From a virus (lineage: Duplodnaviria > Caudoviricetes): a stretch of DNA of 64,000 nucleotides. A program made the translations under genes and the position numbers. Of this stretch, positions 57,301 through 64,000 are shown in pieces; the stretch's first letter is position 1; each line of letters starts with the position of its first letter. The DNA lies in IMG/VR virus record IMGVR_UViG_3300046615_000768, positions 15,817-79,816 of that record. One strand, 5' to 3'. The notes under the pieces were generated by a model. It saw nothing but the letters and a program-made list of their open reading frames with translations. It made no database searches and was not told where the DNA came from.

Positions 57301-60300
57301 GATCGACCTGTACCAGGGCGGCCTGTTCGACGTGCTGCACAAGCATTTGCGCCCGGGCGCGGTCGACGTGTACATCATTTCGGCCAGGCACGGCCTGATC
57401 CACGCCGACACGATCCTCGACAGCTACGACCAGAAGATGACGCCTGCACGCCAGGCCGAGCTGATGGCCAAGGGCGTCAACGTCGCCGACTTCGAGGGCA
57501 AGAATTTCAGTGAAGTCTTCGTCGCCGGCTCCCAGCTGTACACGCCGGTCGGCAAGGCCTACGCCGAGCAGCTGCGCGCGGCCGGCTTCGTCGGTCCCAA
57601 AGCGCACATCGAGACCACCTCCGGCTACATCGGCCACCACCGTGGCCAGCTGGGCGACTTCCTGCAGCAGCTGGGCGACAAGCAGGAGCCCGCCAAGCCC
57701 CGCGGCAAGGTGTCGGCGCGCGATCGCACCCGCGCCGCCGATCCGTTCCTGGCCCTGCTGGCCGAACGCGGCGTCAAGCTGGGACTGCAGGCCGACCTCG
57801 GCCTGGAGAAGGGAAACAAGGGCAACCGCATGGTGCCCGGCTTCGGCCCGCTCCTGCGCAACAGCGGTCTGAACCTCGATGAGCTGGCAGAGGCCGCGCG
57901 CGACGCCGGCTTTATTACCCAGCAGGACATCGACAACCCACAGGACCCGAGCGGCAGCAAGAAGATCAGCGACCTGATCCGCCGCGTCGTCGTCCAGCGT
58001 GAAGTCATCCCGGCCCTGGCCGACGTGGAGCAGGGCGCCCAGCAGCAGGCCGAGCAGCGCGCCGAGGCTGAACTGCGCACCCAGGCCGACGCCATGGGCA
58101 TCGCGCACGACAACATGTCCGCCGACGAGGTGTACGACGCCGTGCGCGAGCGCCTGGCCGACAACCTCGACGTGCCGCTGGAAGTGTATGATGACATCGC
58201 AGAGGACGCCGATGCGTTGCAGGAACACATCACGGCGGATGAGATCGACCGTGCACTCGATGCCGCTTTCGCCCTCCAACCGCAACAGCAGGAACTGACG
58301 GATGAACAACTCGACCAAATTTTCGGACCTGCAACGCAAGAAGCGCGTCCTCGCCAAGCTCAAGGCGATGACGCCGGCGCGCCGCGTGCAGGTACTGAAA
58401 CTGCTCAAGGCACGGCAGATCCTCAAGCAGCCGAACCCACCGCAAAGCTAACGCCGGACGACCAGGGCGTTCTGCTCTGGCACGGCACCACGATCAAGTT
58501 CCTGCTCGACGGCAAAGAACGCGAAGGTCGTGTTTCCAACAAGTACACGGTCGAGAACCGCCAGAATGGCGACCTGATCCGTGTGCGCTACGAACCCTTC
58601 CAGGGCAAGCGCAACCCGCAGGCTGGCAGCACTGAGATTCCCGAGTCGGCAGTGCTGGGCGTCACCCAAGCCTCACAGTGGGCGCCGGACGCAGCCGACT
58701 TCGCCCTGTCCGGGCAGAGCCTGGACGAGGGTCGCGCCGCGGCCGCCGCCGAAGAAGCGCGCCAGGCCGCCGAAGCGAAAGCTGAACGCGAGGCCGCGCG
58801 CCGCGAAGAAGCCGACAAGGAACGCGGCACCTTCACCCTGACTGGCAGCGACCGCCCAGCCGACGTACTGGCCGCGCAGGGCCAGACCAGCATCTTCGAC
58901 TTGGCCGCCGCGCCGGCCAAGGATGCGCAGGACGACGAACAGGCCGTGCTGGCCCGGCAGGAAGCGAAGATCCTCGCCCGCGAACAGCTGACGATGGACG
59001 ACCTGACGCCAGCCCAGCAGGCGAAGGCGACCGAGGAGGCCCGCGCCCGCCTGCAGCGCGAGCAGCTCGATCTCTCCTCCAGGGTCCATTTCGACGCGCG
59101 CCGCGACATGCCGATGACGCCGGCCAGGGAACAGCAGGCCGCGCGTCTCAAGGAAGTCGAGCGCATGCTCGACACCGGCTCGTTCACCCCATCCAACGGT
59201 GAGATCACGTCCGCGGCCGGCAAGCCGCGCAGCATGAAGTGGGAAGACCTGCCGTACATGCCAGGCCGCTCCATGGTCGGAGCCGACCTGGACCAGCGTT
59301 ACGTCCGCGTCCACGAACTGCTGCTCGATCCGAATCTGGACCCAGCGACCCGTGCCAGGCTCGACGCTGAACGCGAAGCGATGGAGGCACGCGCCTACAC
59401 GTCGCAGGAATGGCAGGCCGAGCTGCGCGAGCAGGCCGCCGAGCGCGTGCGCCTGAAATCCGAGACCGTGCCCAAGGGCGACCTGACGCGCGAGGAGATC
59501 GCGCGCCTGAAAAACCCGGACACGTGGACCAATGGTCTGCCGGCAGGCAATGCCCGCGATCTGGCCATCTTCAACAGCGTGCTGGGCAAGAAGAACACGA
59601 CGTTGCCGACCAGGATCACCCTGGCGGCCCTCAAGGATTACGTCAAGCCGGTGCAGGCAAAAGGTGGCGTCGCTGCCTGGCATTTCTTCGACATGGTGCA
59701 GCGCCGGATCAAGGCGCTCAATGAACGCGACCAGACCAAGTTCGACGCCGAAGTGAAAAAGCGCCTGGCACAGGCCGACGCCCCCGCGCCGGCGATGCGG
59801 ACGCCCGAGGACCTCGCCCCCGGGCGTGCAGTCGCACCGACGAAACTGCCCAAGACGCTGCCTGCGACGACGCTGATCGCAAAGGCAACCGAGCACGTCA
59901 AGGGCGAAGCCGCGTTCCGCCGCTTCGCCGAGGCCCACCTGAACGACCTGGCCAAAGCCGGCTACACCGTCTCCGCCGCCGAGCTGGCCAATGAGCTGGA
60001 CCAGCTGGCCTACGACCTGCTGTCGGCGCCGCACGGCGATTCGCCGGCCAAATTCCAGGAGATCAGCGACGAGGACTATCCGCCGCTGCCCGGCCGCGAG
60101 GACGCCATGCTGGACGATCCGGGGATGGAGCGCCTCTTCAAGCTGTTCCCGGAACCGGGTCCGCTCGTGAGCGCAGCCAAGCAGGCCGCCGGCGAGCGCC
60201 TGACCATGGAACAGGCCCAGGCACGTCTGGAAACCTGGAAGGCCGAAGCCAAGCGCATCGGCCAGTCGGGCAAGAACGCCAAGAAGGTGATCCTGTCGCT

Positions 60301-63300
60301 GTTCGATGCGTCGGGCGTGTGGAGCCAGCCATACGTGGACGCCGGCTACATGGTCGTGCGCTACGACCTGAACCACGGGGACAACCTGGTCGAGAATTTC
60401 CCCATGAACGACATCGTGACGCTGCGTCGGGCCGGCTACGAGATCGCCGGCGTGATCGCGCAGCCGCCGTGCACGTCGTTCTCGAACGCGGGCCGCTGGT
60501 CCTGGCCAAGCCAGCATCAGTCGCCGAGCAAGTATTTCGTCGAGAAGAAGTACGGCGCCTGGGCGACCAAGTATTTCGACACCGCGATCGACGCCGCCGA
60601 CACCCTCGGCATGGTCGCGCAAGCCGTGATCGAAATGGCCGCGCCGACCGAGTTCTACGTGATGGAGAACCCACGCGGGCGCATCGCCGAGCGCCTGCAG
60701 CTGCCGGGCGCGCGCATGGTGATCCAGCCGCACGTCTACGGTAACGCCTACACCAAGGAAACGTTCCTGTACGGTGAGTTCCAGACTGACCTGCCGACGG
60801 CAAACGTATCGCCCAAGGAAGAAGACGGCGGCGAGGGCAGCCGGATCTTCAAGCTGCGCGGCACCGACGCCGAGGAGCACGCGCTGCGCTCGCTCACGCC
60901 GGAAGGTTTTGCCTACGCCTGGTTCATGGCGAACCACGACCGCTCGGCCCTCGCGCCGCGCCAGACGCCGGCCCTGTCGGCAAACCCGGATTACACCGAC
61001 GCGCTGGAGCGAATCCGCACGGACGGCATGCTCGACCGCATCGAGCGCGGCGAGGAAAAGCCGTCCGGCTGGTACGGCGATGTCGACGAGCCGCTGCGCT
61101 TCGAGTCCGGCATGAGCGCGCCGAAGGACTTCGAGGGCGTGTTCGCCAATGACAAGAACGTCGGGATCTCGCTCAAGGATCTGGCCGAAAGCAACCTCAC
61201 GCGCCTGGCCGAAGCGATGGCCCTGACTACCAGGTCGCACCTGTTCGTCGACACCGGCGCCTTCTCCCTGTTCGGGGTCAATGCCAAGGCCAAGGCCTCG
61301 GGCCAGGCCGAGTTCACCGAGTTCGGCGAGGGCGGCAAGGCCCTGAACTTCAACAAGGTCATCGACTTGCACCACGCACTGGCGTCGGCAGTGTCGAAGG
61401 CCGACGACAGCGGCTATACCAACGACCGCATTTTCTGGGTCATGCCCGACGTGGTCGGCAACCAGGCACTCTCGCTGGAACTGGTCAGCAAGTACCGCGC
61501 CGAGATCGTCGGCACCGGCACCATGCGCGCGATCGTGCCGCTGCAGGGCGGCGCTCTCACGCTGACCCAGGCATACGAGAAGATGATGACCAACCTCGGG
61601 TGGGACCCGAAGACGGACGTTTCGCCGATCATCGGCATCCCCTCGAACCCGAAGATCGAAGGGATCTCGAACGAGGCCATCACGGACCTGCTCAAGGCCT
61701 ACGGCGACAACATCGGTGGCATCCATATCCTGGGCGCGGCGACCGAGTCGGCGCTGACCCCGCGGCTGGACGCCATCCGCGCCGCTGGCTACGACGGAAA
61801 CGTCTCGGCCGATGCCTTCACGCTGCGCGGCAAGCTCACGTCCGGCACCGCGCGCGCCGAGGCGTTCCGCAAGATCGCCGGCGACCTGACCCTCAAGGAC
61901 GTGATGCCGGGCAAGCAGCGGGTCGATTACGTCCGCTGGGATTTCATCAGCGATCTGCCTGGCTATATCAGCGCGCTCGAAGCAGGCCGCGAAGTCCTCG
62001 CCGCCGACATGGAATCGACCAAGGTCCCCAAGGACATGAGCTTCACGCCGGACACCAACGGCCAGAATGTGCTCAAGTCGGGCGACACCGTCCTGGCCCG
62101 CCAGCCGGCGGCATGGGGCCGCAACCTCGATCGCCCTGTGCTGGTCAACGAGATCGACCGCGAGATCCGCAGCGCAAAGGCATTCCTCGCCGCGAACCCG
62201 GAACGCTCGCTGCCAGGCTTCGTGTCGCCGGCCATGACCGAGCTGCAGGGCCTGGCCACGGCCGTCAAGCCGAGCGAGCAAGAGGCGGCGCCGGCCGAGA
62301 ATGCGGACGATGCCCGTCGACCAGCATGGAGCGCGCTGGGCGAGCGCGTCGAGCTGCTGCTGCCACGCACGGTCGGCACCAAGGCCCCGAGCGCGGAGGC
62401 TTACCAGCGCGTGGCCGCTGCACTGCAGATCCCGCTGGCCGACGTGAAAGCGGCGCATGCCGTGTACATCGCCGACGACGCCACCGTGCCCGCGCACGAG
62501 GCGCCGGTTCTGGCGGGCAGCAACGGCCAGGACGCGCTGTTCTCGCGCGCCCCGTCGAAGTACGCCCGCGAGAAGATGCCGCTGGACCAGTGGCGCGTGC
62601 TCAAGCGCGACCACAACAACCTGCTGCCGGAAGAGAAGGCCGCATTCGACGCCTTCATCAAGGAACGCCCGGACGGCAAGCGCGTACTGGCCCAGCTGAA
62701 CCTGCACCGCGGCACGCCGTGGGCACGGCAAGCCCTGGAAGGCATCTTCGTGCGCCAGGCCATCCTGACCTACATCAAGGGCCAGGCCCCGGCGTTCCAG
62801 AGCATGATGGAACACCCGTCGGCCGAATCGTTGCGCAGCATCCTCGGCCGCCACGGCTACAAGGGCCTGATGATGCGCCTGGAGGAGACGGGTTACGTGG
62901 GCGAGGCCGAAAAGCCGGTGCACAACGTCTCGTCCTCGTTCATCAACTGCAACCCGTCCGACGACTGCGCCAAATACTGCTACGCCACCGGCGGCCACTA
63001 CACCCGCACGTTCGCCGTCATCAAGGCCGAGCTGGTGACGCTGGCGGTCGAGCATGACCCGGTCGCCGCGGCCAAGGGGACCGCCAAGGACTTCATGCGG
63101 ACCTGGGAATACGAGAACAATAAGGCGCTGCGCCTGTTCGACAAGGGCGACGGCAACGCCGACTGGCTGCCATACATCAAGGCGCTCAACGCCGAAGGCG
63201 TGCGGGTCCAGATTTTCTCGAAGAACCCGGAGTTCCTGCGTCAGGTGCCGGACATGAACCTGCGCCTGCTGTCGATTGACCAGACCAACCTGGGCCTGGC

Positions 63301-64000
63301 CGACGCCAACCCGGACCTGCCTGTTGCGTTCGTGTACGACAAATCGCCCGGCCAGATCGAATTTGTGGCTAAATTGGCCTTGCGGAAGCAATTGGCCGTC
63401 GTGTTGCCGATCCAGCTGGGCAAGCGCGTGCTGACCAAGCCAGAGCTGCGTGAGCTGCAGGCACTCCCGGGCGTGTCGCAGCATATCTGCCCGATCGACG
63501 CCGGCATCCGGCCGCTGGGGACGAACACCGACTCGGACCCGAAGGCGTGGAACTGCACCAAGTGCGATGTGAAGGGCGGGATTGGCTGCTTCTTCGGCGC
63601 CCCGACCACGGCGGTCAAGGCGCAGGCCCTGCGCCCGGCCGACATGACGCCGCAGCAGGTCGTGGCCGCGCGCATCCAGGAACTGACGAGAGAATTCAAT
63701 GAAATCACCGAAGGAATTACTGCACCTGCCGGAACTGCTCGAAATCTGGCCGCAACTGGACCCGATGCAGCAGCACGCCTACAAGGACTACGTGGCGCGG
63801 TTGACCGCCTCATGGGTGAACTACTCGGCCACTTCGTCAGCGGAGAAGAAACAAGAGATGCTCGGGAAGGCGGTGCAGGAGATGAACGAGCGGATCGCGG
63901 CCAGCAAGCGCAACCTGGAAGCGATCGCCGAACCATCCCCATCGCCAAGGCCCGAGACGCCGACGGCAACCCGCTCGCCTCGCGCAGCGGGGTAGAACCG
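51344..64000 (+). CDS. Giant polyvalent (DarB/LPD-like) virion protein, at least 4219 aa, 3'-truncated by the window
   Basis: MSMFDDLVP start; frame read open at every point checked including the last 340 nt; the track lists no closed ORF in this frame; InPase-like, kinase-like, YaaA/DUF6884-like, C5 MTase, TGT-like and gp88-like segments. Confidence 0.85.
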   Translation, partial: MSMFDDLVPGNKKTGMFEDLVPPEPSTASQVARRIPDLAVTGVKAAISVPESIVGLADLVTGGRAGKAVEEAGIGFKQTKEGLDTLYSDAQKQANAEVNEAKGFVPTVGAMVQNPSTILHAAIESVPSMFLGGAIGRGVMAAAGAKAGAVAGDALAEGAAAAVPRIGSTAAGAIGEGVVAAGQNAEQIRQQNPEGDLSLRQAAITALSGAATGGLSLAGGRIANKLGIGDVDTMITAGRAGAVGGEAVDAAARAAAEAAAKKGVLRKIGEGAVSEGVFEEMPQSYQEQVAQNLATDKPWNEGAAEAAAQGMLAGGLMGGGGNVLAHLGEKKVQTSNTDDTAPAAPPAAAPVDPAPAGPTLPPAGPMEKAASLVPQPEGGNKVFPFGDLALAQKQADSLSQSTGMPHEAGDHPTVPGRFAAQPVAIRGSDPLFTAEAERQGLDPAIAQLLTHGPQAQELVKAAMEANPGLDPQEWRDPAVRAQLGAAYLKRQVGELESALERPPTPAEAYIAQQVGVPTAASMLNTPEPERAIPVSTLIPDPAQEDRLGLTGMPIGAAIDFLTKQADQLLSTFKEQGNANLDTGVQGAGSGDGGSRAGAGMGDSAGNAAVPGQPAAGTGADAAALPAAAGNAGNDPGNAGPVASPRVVVGPSETGFQNVNAQRHRDKADALGVTGEIERLFGDGLTINQVMGQLQDKVPDVGRSDLPNFVNGVRASLGIPNPISPEGKGAFDAWRAQYKERLANPPAPSNAGAAKVTPEFIQPKNDIDLAAHDASNSPLNDRTPATPGQQDANNYKVGRTEIHGLKIGIENPKGSTRTGFDPDGKPWSTLMTGHYGRFTGTKGADGDAVDTFIGDNPESNKVFVVDQVDPKTGKFDEHKVLLGANSQQEASELYHDNYAPGWKGAGAITETTPEVLKTWLKQGDTTAPFAKVAAPAAAPQGPLEVAKPAPEETTAAASKVQQAPYFEVDGRTYKVNSGTQGKESVWASLALPEGEQAPAGNFGQGLYEFVERDGQMYKVDPIGDNRSRLTPVSLRDEPISLQAQPAPAATTADDSRKPRDAAVSYAIYEATRAQEDRNRPAMDDEDADLHLEAMQTALERGKFSYDRFASSDLGQRMDTAALVGLKPWLDSDPAGTLQALRERIATRANANQAQGTAEPASAPVAQPAPTSPAERWKGATPDERATQLRDAGREDVADILNNDEWEDLPPRTQQSLSSLAAPPQPTAAPASSLADLLKNATRRSNIKGMEGEQVADPIAQQLLGSKKFDEFERAIADSGLQPTGVIGAGASSIVLDMGDKVLRLGTGPNVNVPRIAGVIQPIDSNEIGDLRYQVMPKADTSNITDEDVAKVAKGLREQGYEFTDAGTDNVGRVNGKLTVIDPGAVREILPHDKPLAPEGSTSYRYKGPLGYVMIGAQDHDGAMKEAARSLEKPPTIDNLQVWDGERYVPVDSKPAGPTTPAETAPAAPEAEAGFDSARWNKERDDRIKASKAAGNQHLDDLPPYVETMRGKPFYYAHDPQERGVVRTVANTGDVVVHWNDEYSAKKNLASQTKDGKKTVWQSTLAPSDLKDYVVGMPKAGATTSAPATPEDLAAARRAAALPDALAALEDLRKISDQAKQADAAPAAVPVAQAPATPRTAAHELTREQYRQAEDRGQDGGIAAAKIKLDKQNVLSLMKDHKDQIPLLGKLMGAKGGKDRKKMAADIVRLHQLAKELAGETEDSLLKRKAPELKALAKRVGVYAGGSKGDMAQSIIKKRDGGLKTYQDRLQDLKHRAAVLKAVRDGKTVPDAVLADYPNITAFAYERGTPQYQTAVDQLGRSYVQPPFGNVPNLLKGVRADAAELTDPKEAQVLNDVADAAERLLAQLNTLSDPTSDQGRRETGAEERAWQSTPFADRIHTMLQQLRAVGEHGMANAIESGMHSDAKAGRLDEEMVAFREGKAGETLAKAQPNPAASQEKVHEYDPEEAKPLLLIACGEKKLEGRHKAIDLYQGGLFDVLHKHLRPGAVDVYIISARHGLIHADTILDSYDQKMTPARQAELMAKGVNVADFEGKNFSEVFVAGSQLYTPVGKAYAEQLRAAGFVGPKAHIETTSGYIGHHRGQLGDFLQQLGDKQEPAKPRGKVSARDRTRAADPFLALLAERGVKLGLQADLGLEKGNKGNRMVPGFGPLLRNSGLNLDELAEAARDAGFITQQDIDNPQDPSGSKKISDLIRRVVVQREVIPALADVEQGAQQQAEQRAEAELRTQADAMGIAHDNMSADEVYDAVRERLADNLDVPLEVYDDIAEDADALQEHITADEIDRALDAAFALQPQQQELTDEQLDQIFGPATQEARPRQAQGDDAGAPRAGTETAQGTADPQAAEPTAKLTPDDQGVLLWHGTTIKFLLDGKEREGRVSNKYTVENRQNGDLIRVRYEPFQGKRNPQAGSTEIPESAVLGVTQASQWAPDAADFALSGQSLDEGRAAAAAEEARQAAEAKAEREAARREEADKERGTFTLTGSDRPADVLAAQGQTSIFDLAAAPAKDAQDDEQAVLARQEAKILAREQLTMDDLTPAQQAKATEEARARLQREQLDLSSRVHFDARRDMPMTPAREQQAARLKEVERMLDTGSFTPSNGEITSAAGKPRSMKWEDLPYMPGRSMVGADLDQRYVRVHELLLDPNLDPATRARLDAEREAMEARAYTSQEWQAELREQAAERVRLKSETVPKGDLTREEIARLKNPDTWTNGLPAGNARDLAIFNSVLGKKNTTLPTRITLAALKDYVKPVQAKGGVAAWHFFDMVQRRIKALNERDQTKFDAEVKKRLAQADAPAPAMRTPEDLAPGRAVAPTKLPKTLPATTLIAKATEHVKGEAAFRRFAEAHLNDLAKAGYTVSAAELANELDQLAYDLLSAPHGDSPAKFQEISDEDYPPLPGREDAMLDDPGMERLFKLFPEPGPLVSAAKQAAGERLTMEQAQARLETWKAEAKRIGQSGKNAKKVILSLFDASGVWSQPYVDAGYMVVRYDLNHGDNLVENFPMNDIVTLRRAGYEIAGVIAQPPCTSFSNAGRWSWPSQHQSPSKYFVEKKYGAWATKYFDTAIDAADTLGMVAQAVIEMAAPTEFYVMENPRGRIAERLQLPGARMVIQPHVYGNAYTKETFLYGEFQTDLPTANVSPKEEDGGEGSRIFKLRGTDAEEHALRSLTPEGFAYAWFMANHDRSALAPRQTPALSANPDYTDALERIRTDGMLDRIERGEEKPSGWYGDVDEPLRFESGMSAPKDFEGVFANDKNVGISLKDLAESNLTRLAEAMALTTRSHLFVDTGAFSLFGVNAKAKASGQAEFTEFGEGGKALNFNKVIDLHHALASAVSKADDSGYTNDRIFWVMPDVVGNQALSLELVSKYRAEIVGTGTMRAIVPLQGGALTLTQAYEKMMTNLGWDPKTDVSPIIGIPSNPKIEGISNEAITDLLKAYGDNIGGIHILGAATESALTPRLDAIRAAGYDGNVSADAFTLRGKLTSGTARAEAFRKIAGDLTLKDVMPGKQRVDYVRWDFISDLPGYISALEAGREVLAADMESTKVPKDMSFTPDTNGQNVLKSGDTVLARQPAAWGRNLDRPVLVNEIDREIRSAKAFLAANPERSLPGFVSPAMTELQGLATAVKPSEQEAAPAENADDARRPAWSALGERVELLLPRTVGTKAPSAEAYQRVAAALQIPLADVKAAHAVYIADDATVPAHEAPVLAGSNGQDALFSRAPSKYAREKMPLDQWRVLKRDHNNLLPEEKAAFDAFIKERPDGKRVLAQLNLHRGTPWARQALEGIFVRQAILTYIKGQAPAFQSMMEHPSAESLRSILGRHGYKGLMMRLEETGYVGEAEKPVHNVSSSFINCNPSDDCAKYCYATGGHYTRTFAVIKAELVTLAVEHDPVAAAKGTAKDFMRTWEYENNKALRLFDKGDGNADWLPYIKALNAEGVRVQIFSKNPEFLRQVPDMNLRLLSIDQTNLGLADANPDLPVAFVYDKSPGQIEFVAKLALRKQLAVVLPIQLGKRVLTKPELRELQALPGVSQHICPIDAGIRPLGTNTDSDPKAWNCTKCDVKGGIGCFFGAPTTAVKAQALRPADMTPQQVVAARIQELTREFNEITEGITAPAGTARNLAATGPDAAARLQGLRGAVDRLMGELLGHFVSGEETRDAREGGAGDERADRGQQAQPGSDRRTIPIAKARDADGNPLASRSGVEP
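53073..53267 (+). CDS. Overprinted ORF in the +1 frame of the giant gene (64 aa)
   Basis: AAGGAG RBS; GC3-rich codons in this frame while the host frame becomes A/T-ending Gly/Ala linker. Confidence 0.55.
   Translation: MQTWTPEFKALDQETVDLVLEQEWVTAQEMRLYLANQLPEPALTRLRCLLLLVTLEMTPETPVQ
58302..58451 (+). CDS. Overprinted basic ORF in the +1 frame (49 aa, not in track)
   Basis: AGGA RBS; MNNSTKFSDLQRKKRVLAKLKAMTPARRVQVLKLLKARQILKQPNPPQS; codon bias shifts to this frame. Confidence 0.5.
   Translation: MNNSTKFSDLQRKKRVLAKLKAMTPARRVQVLKLLKARQILKQPNPPQS
63699..63995 (+). CDS. Overprinted ORF in the +1 frame (98 aa)
   Basis: GC3-rich codons in the +1 frame, A/T-ending codons in the host frame; helical protein-like sequence. 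Confidence 0.55.
   Translation: MKSPKELLHLPELLEIWPQLDPMQQHAYKDYVARLTASWVNYSATSSAEKKQEMLGKAVQEMNERIAASKRNLEAIAEPSPSPRPETPTATRSPRAAG

Larger units (their letters stand above)
1..64000 (+). mobile_element. Tailed bacteriophage / prophage segment (podovirus-like); ends lie outside the window
   Basis: Continuous phage gene order: Cro-like, helicase, primase, Q-like, terminase, portal, scaffold, capsid, adaptor, tail, ejection proteins; no host housekeeping genes. Confidence 0.95.

Noticed and set aside
1-64000. Genome-wide UGA reassignment
   Set aside because: Many clear genes end in TGA with coupled ATGA overlaps, so the terL TGA is local

Overview
The whole 64 kb window is one GC-rich tailed (pro)phage segment, probably podovirus-like: no tail tube, sheath or tape-measure gene was recognised. 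No host genes, integrase or lysis genes are visible. Gene order is Cro-like regulator, replication module (ParB-like, SF2 helicase, TOPRIM primase, vWA), DUF1064-like nuclease, Q-like regulator, a fibre module, a leftward operon of small genes headed by radC, terS/terL, portal, scaffold, major capsid, a methyltransferase-glycosyltransferase fusion, adaptor/tail genes, ejection-type proteins, and a polyvalent protein of at least 4200 aa that runs off the window and is absent from the ORF track. Main results: (1) the major capsid gene is split into four exons by three ORF-less group I introns (276, 228, 262 nt), and splicing at U|...G boundaries rebuilds a 314-aa capsid protein. (2) terL has an in-frame TGT-TGA insertion in its Walker A region. 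(3) A 2143-aa virion protein has exactly 27 x 19-aa Pro-rich repeats and 27 x 35-aa helical repeats whose duplication patterns mirror each other. (4) Three small ORFs are overprinted in the +1 frame inside the giant gene. All calls are by eye; no searches or folding programs were run.
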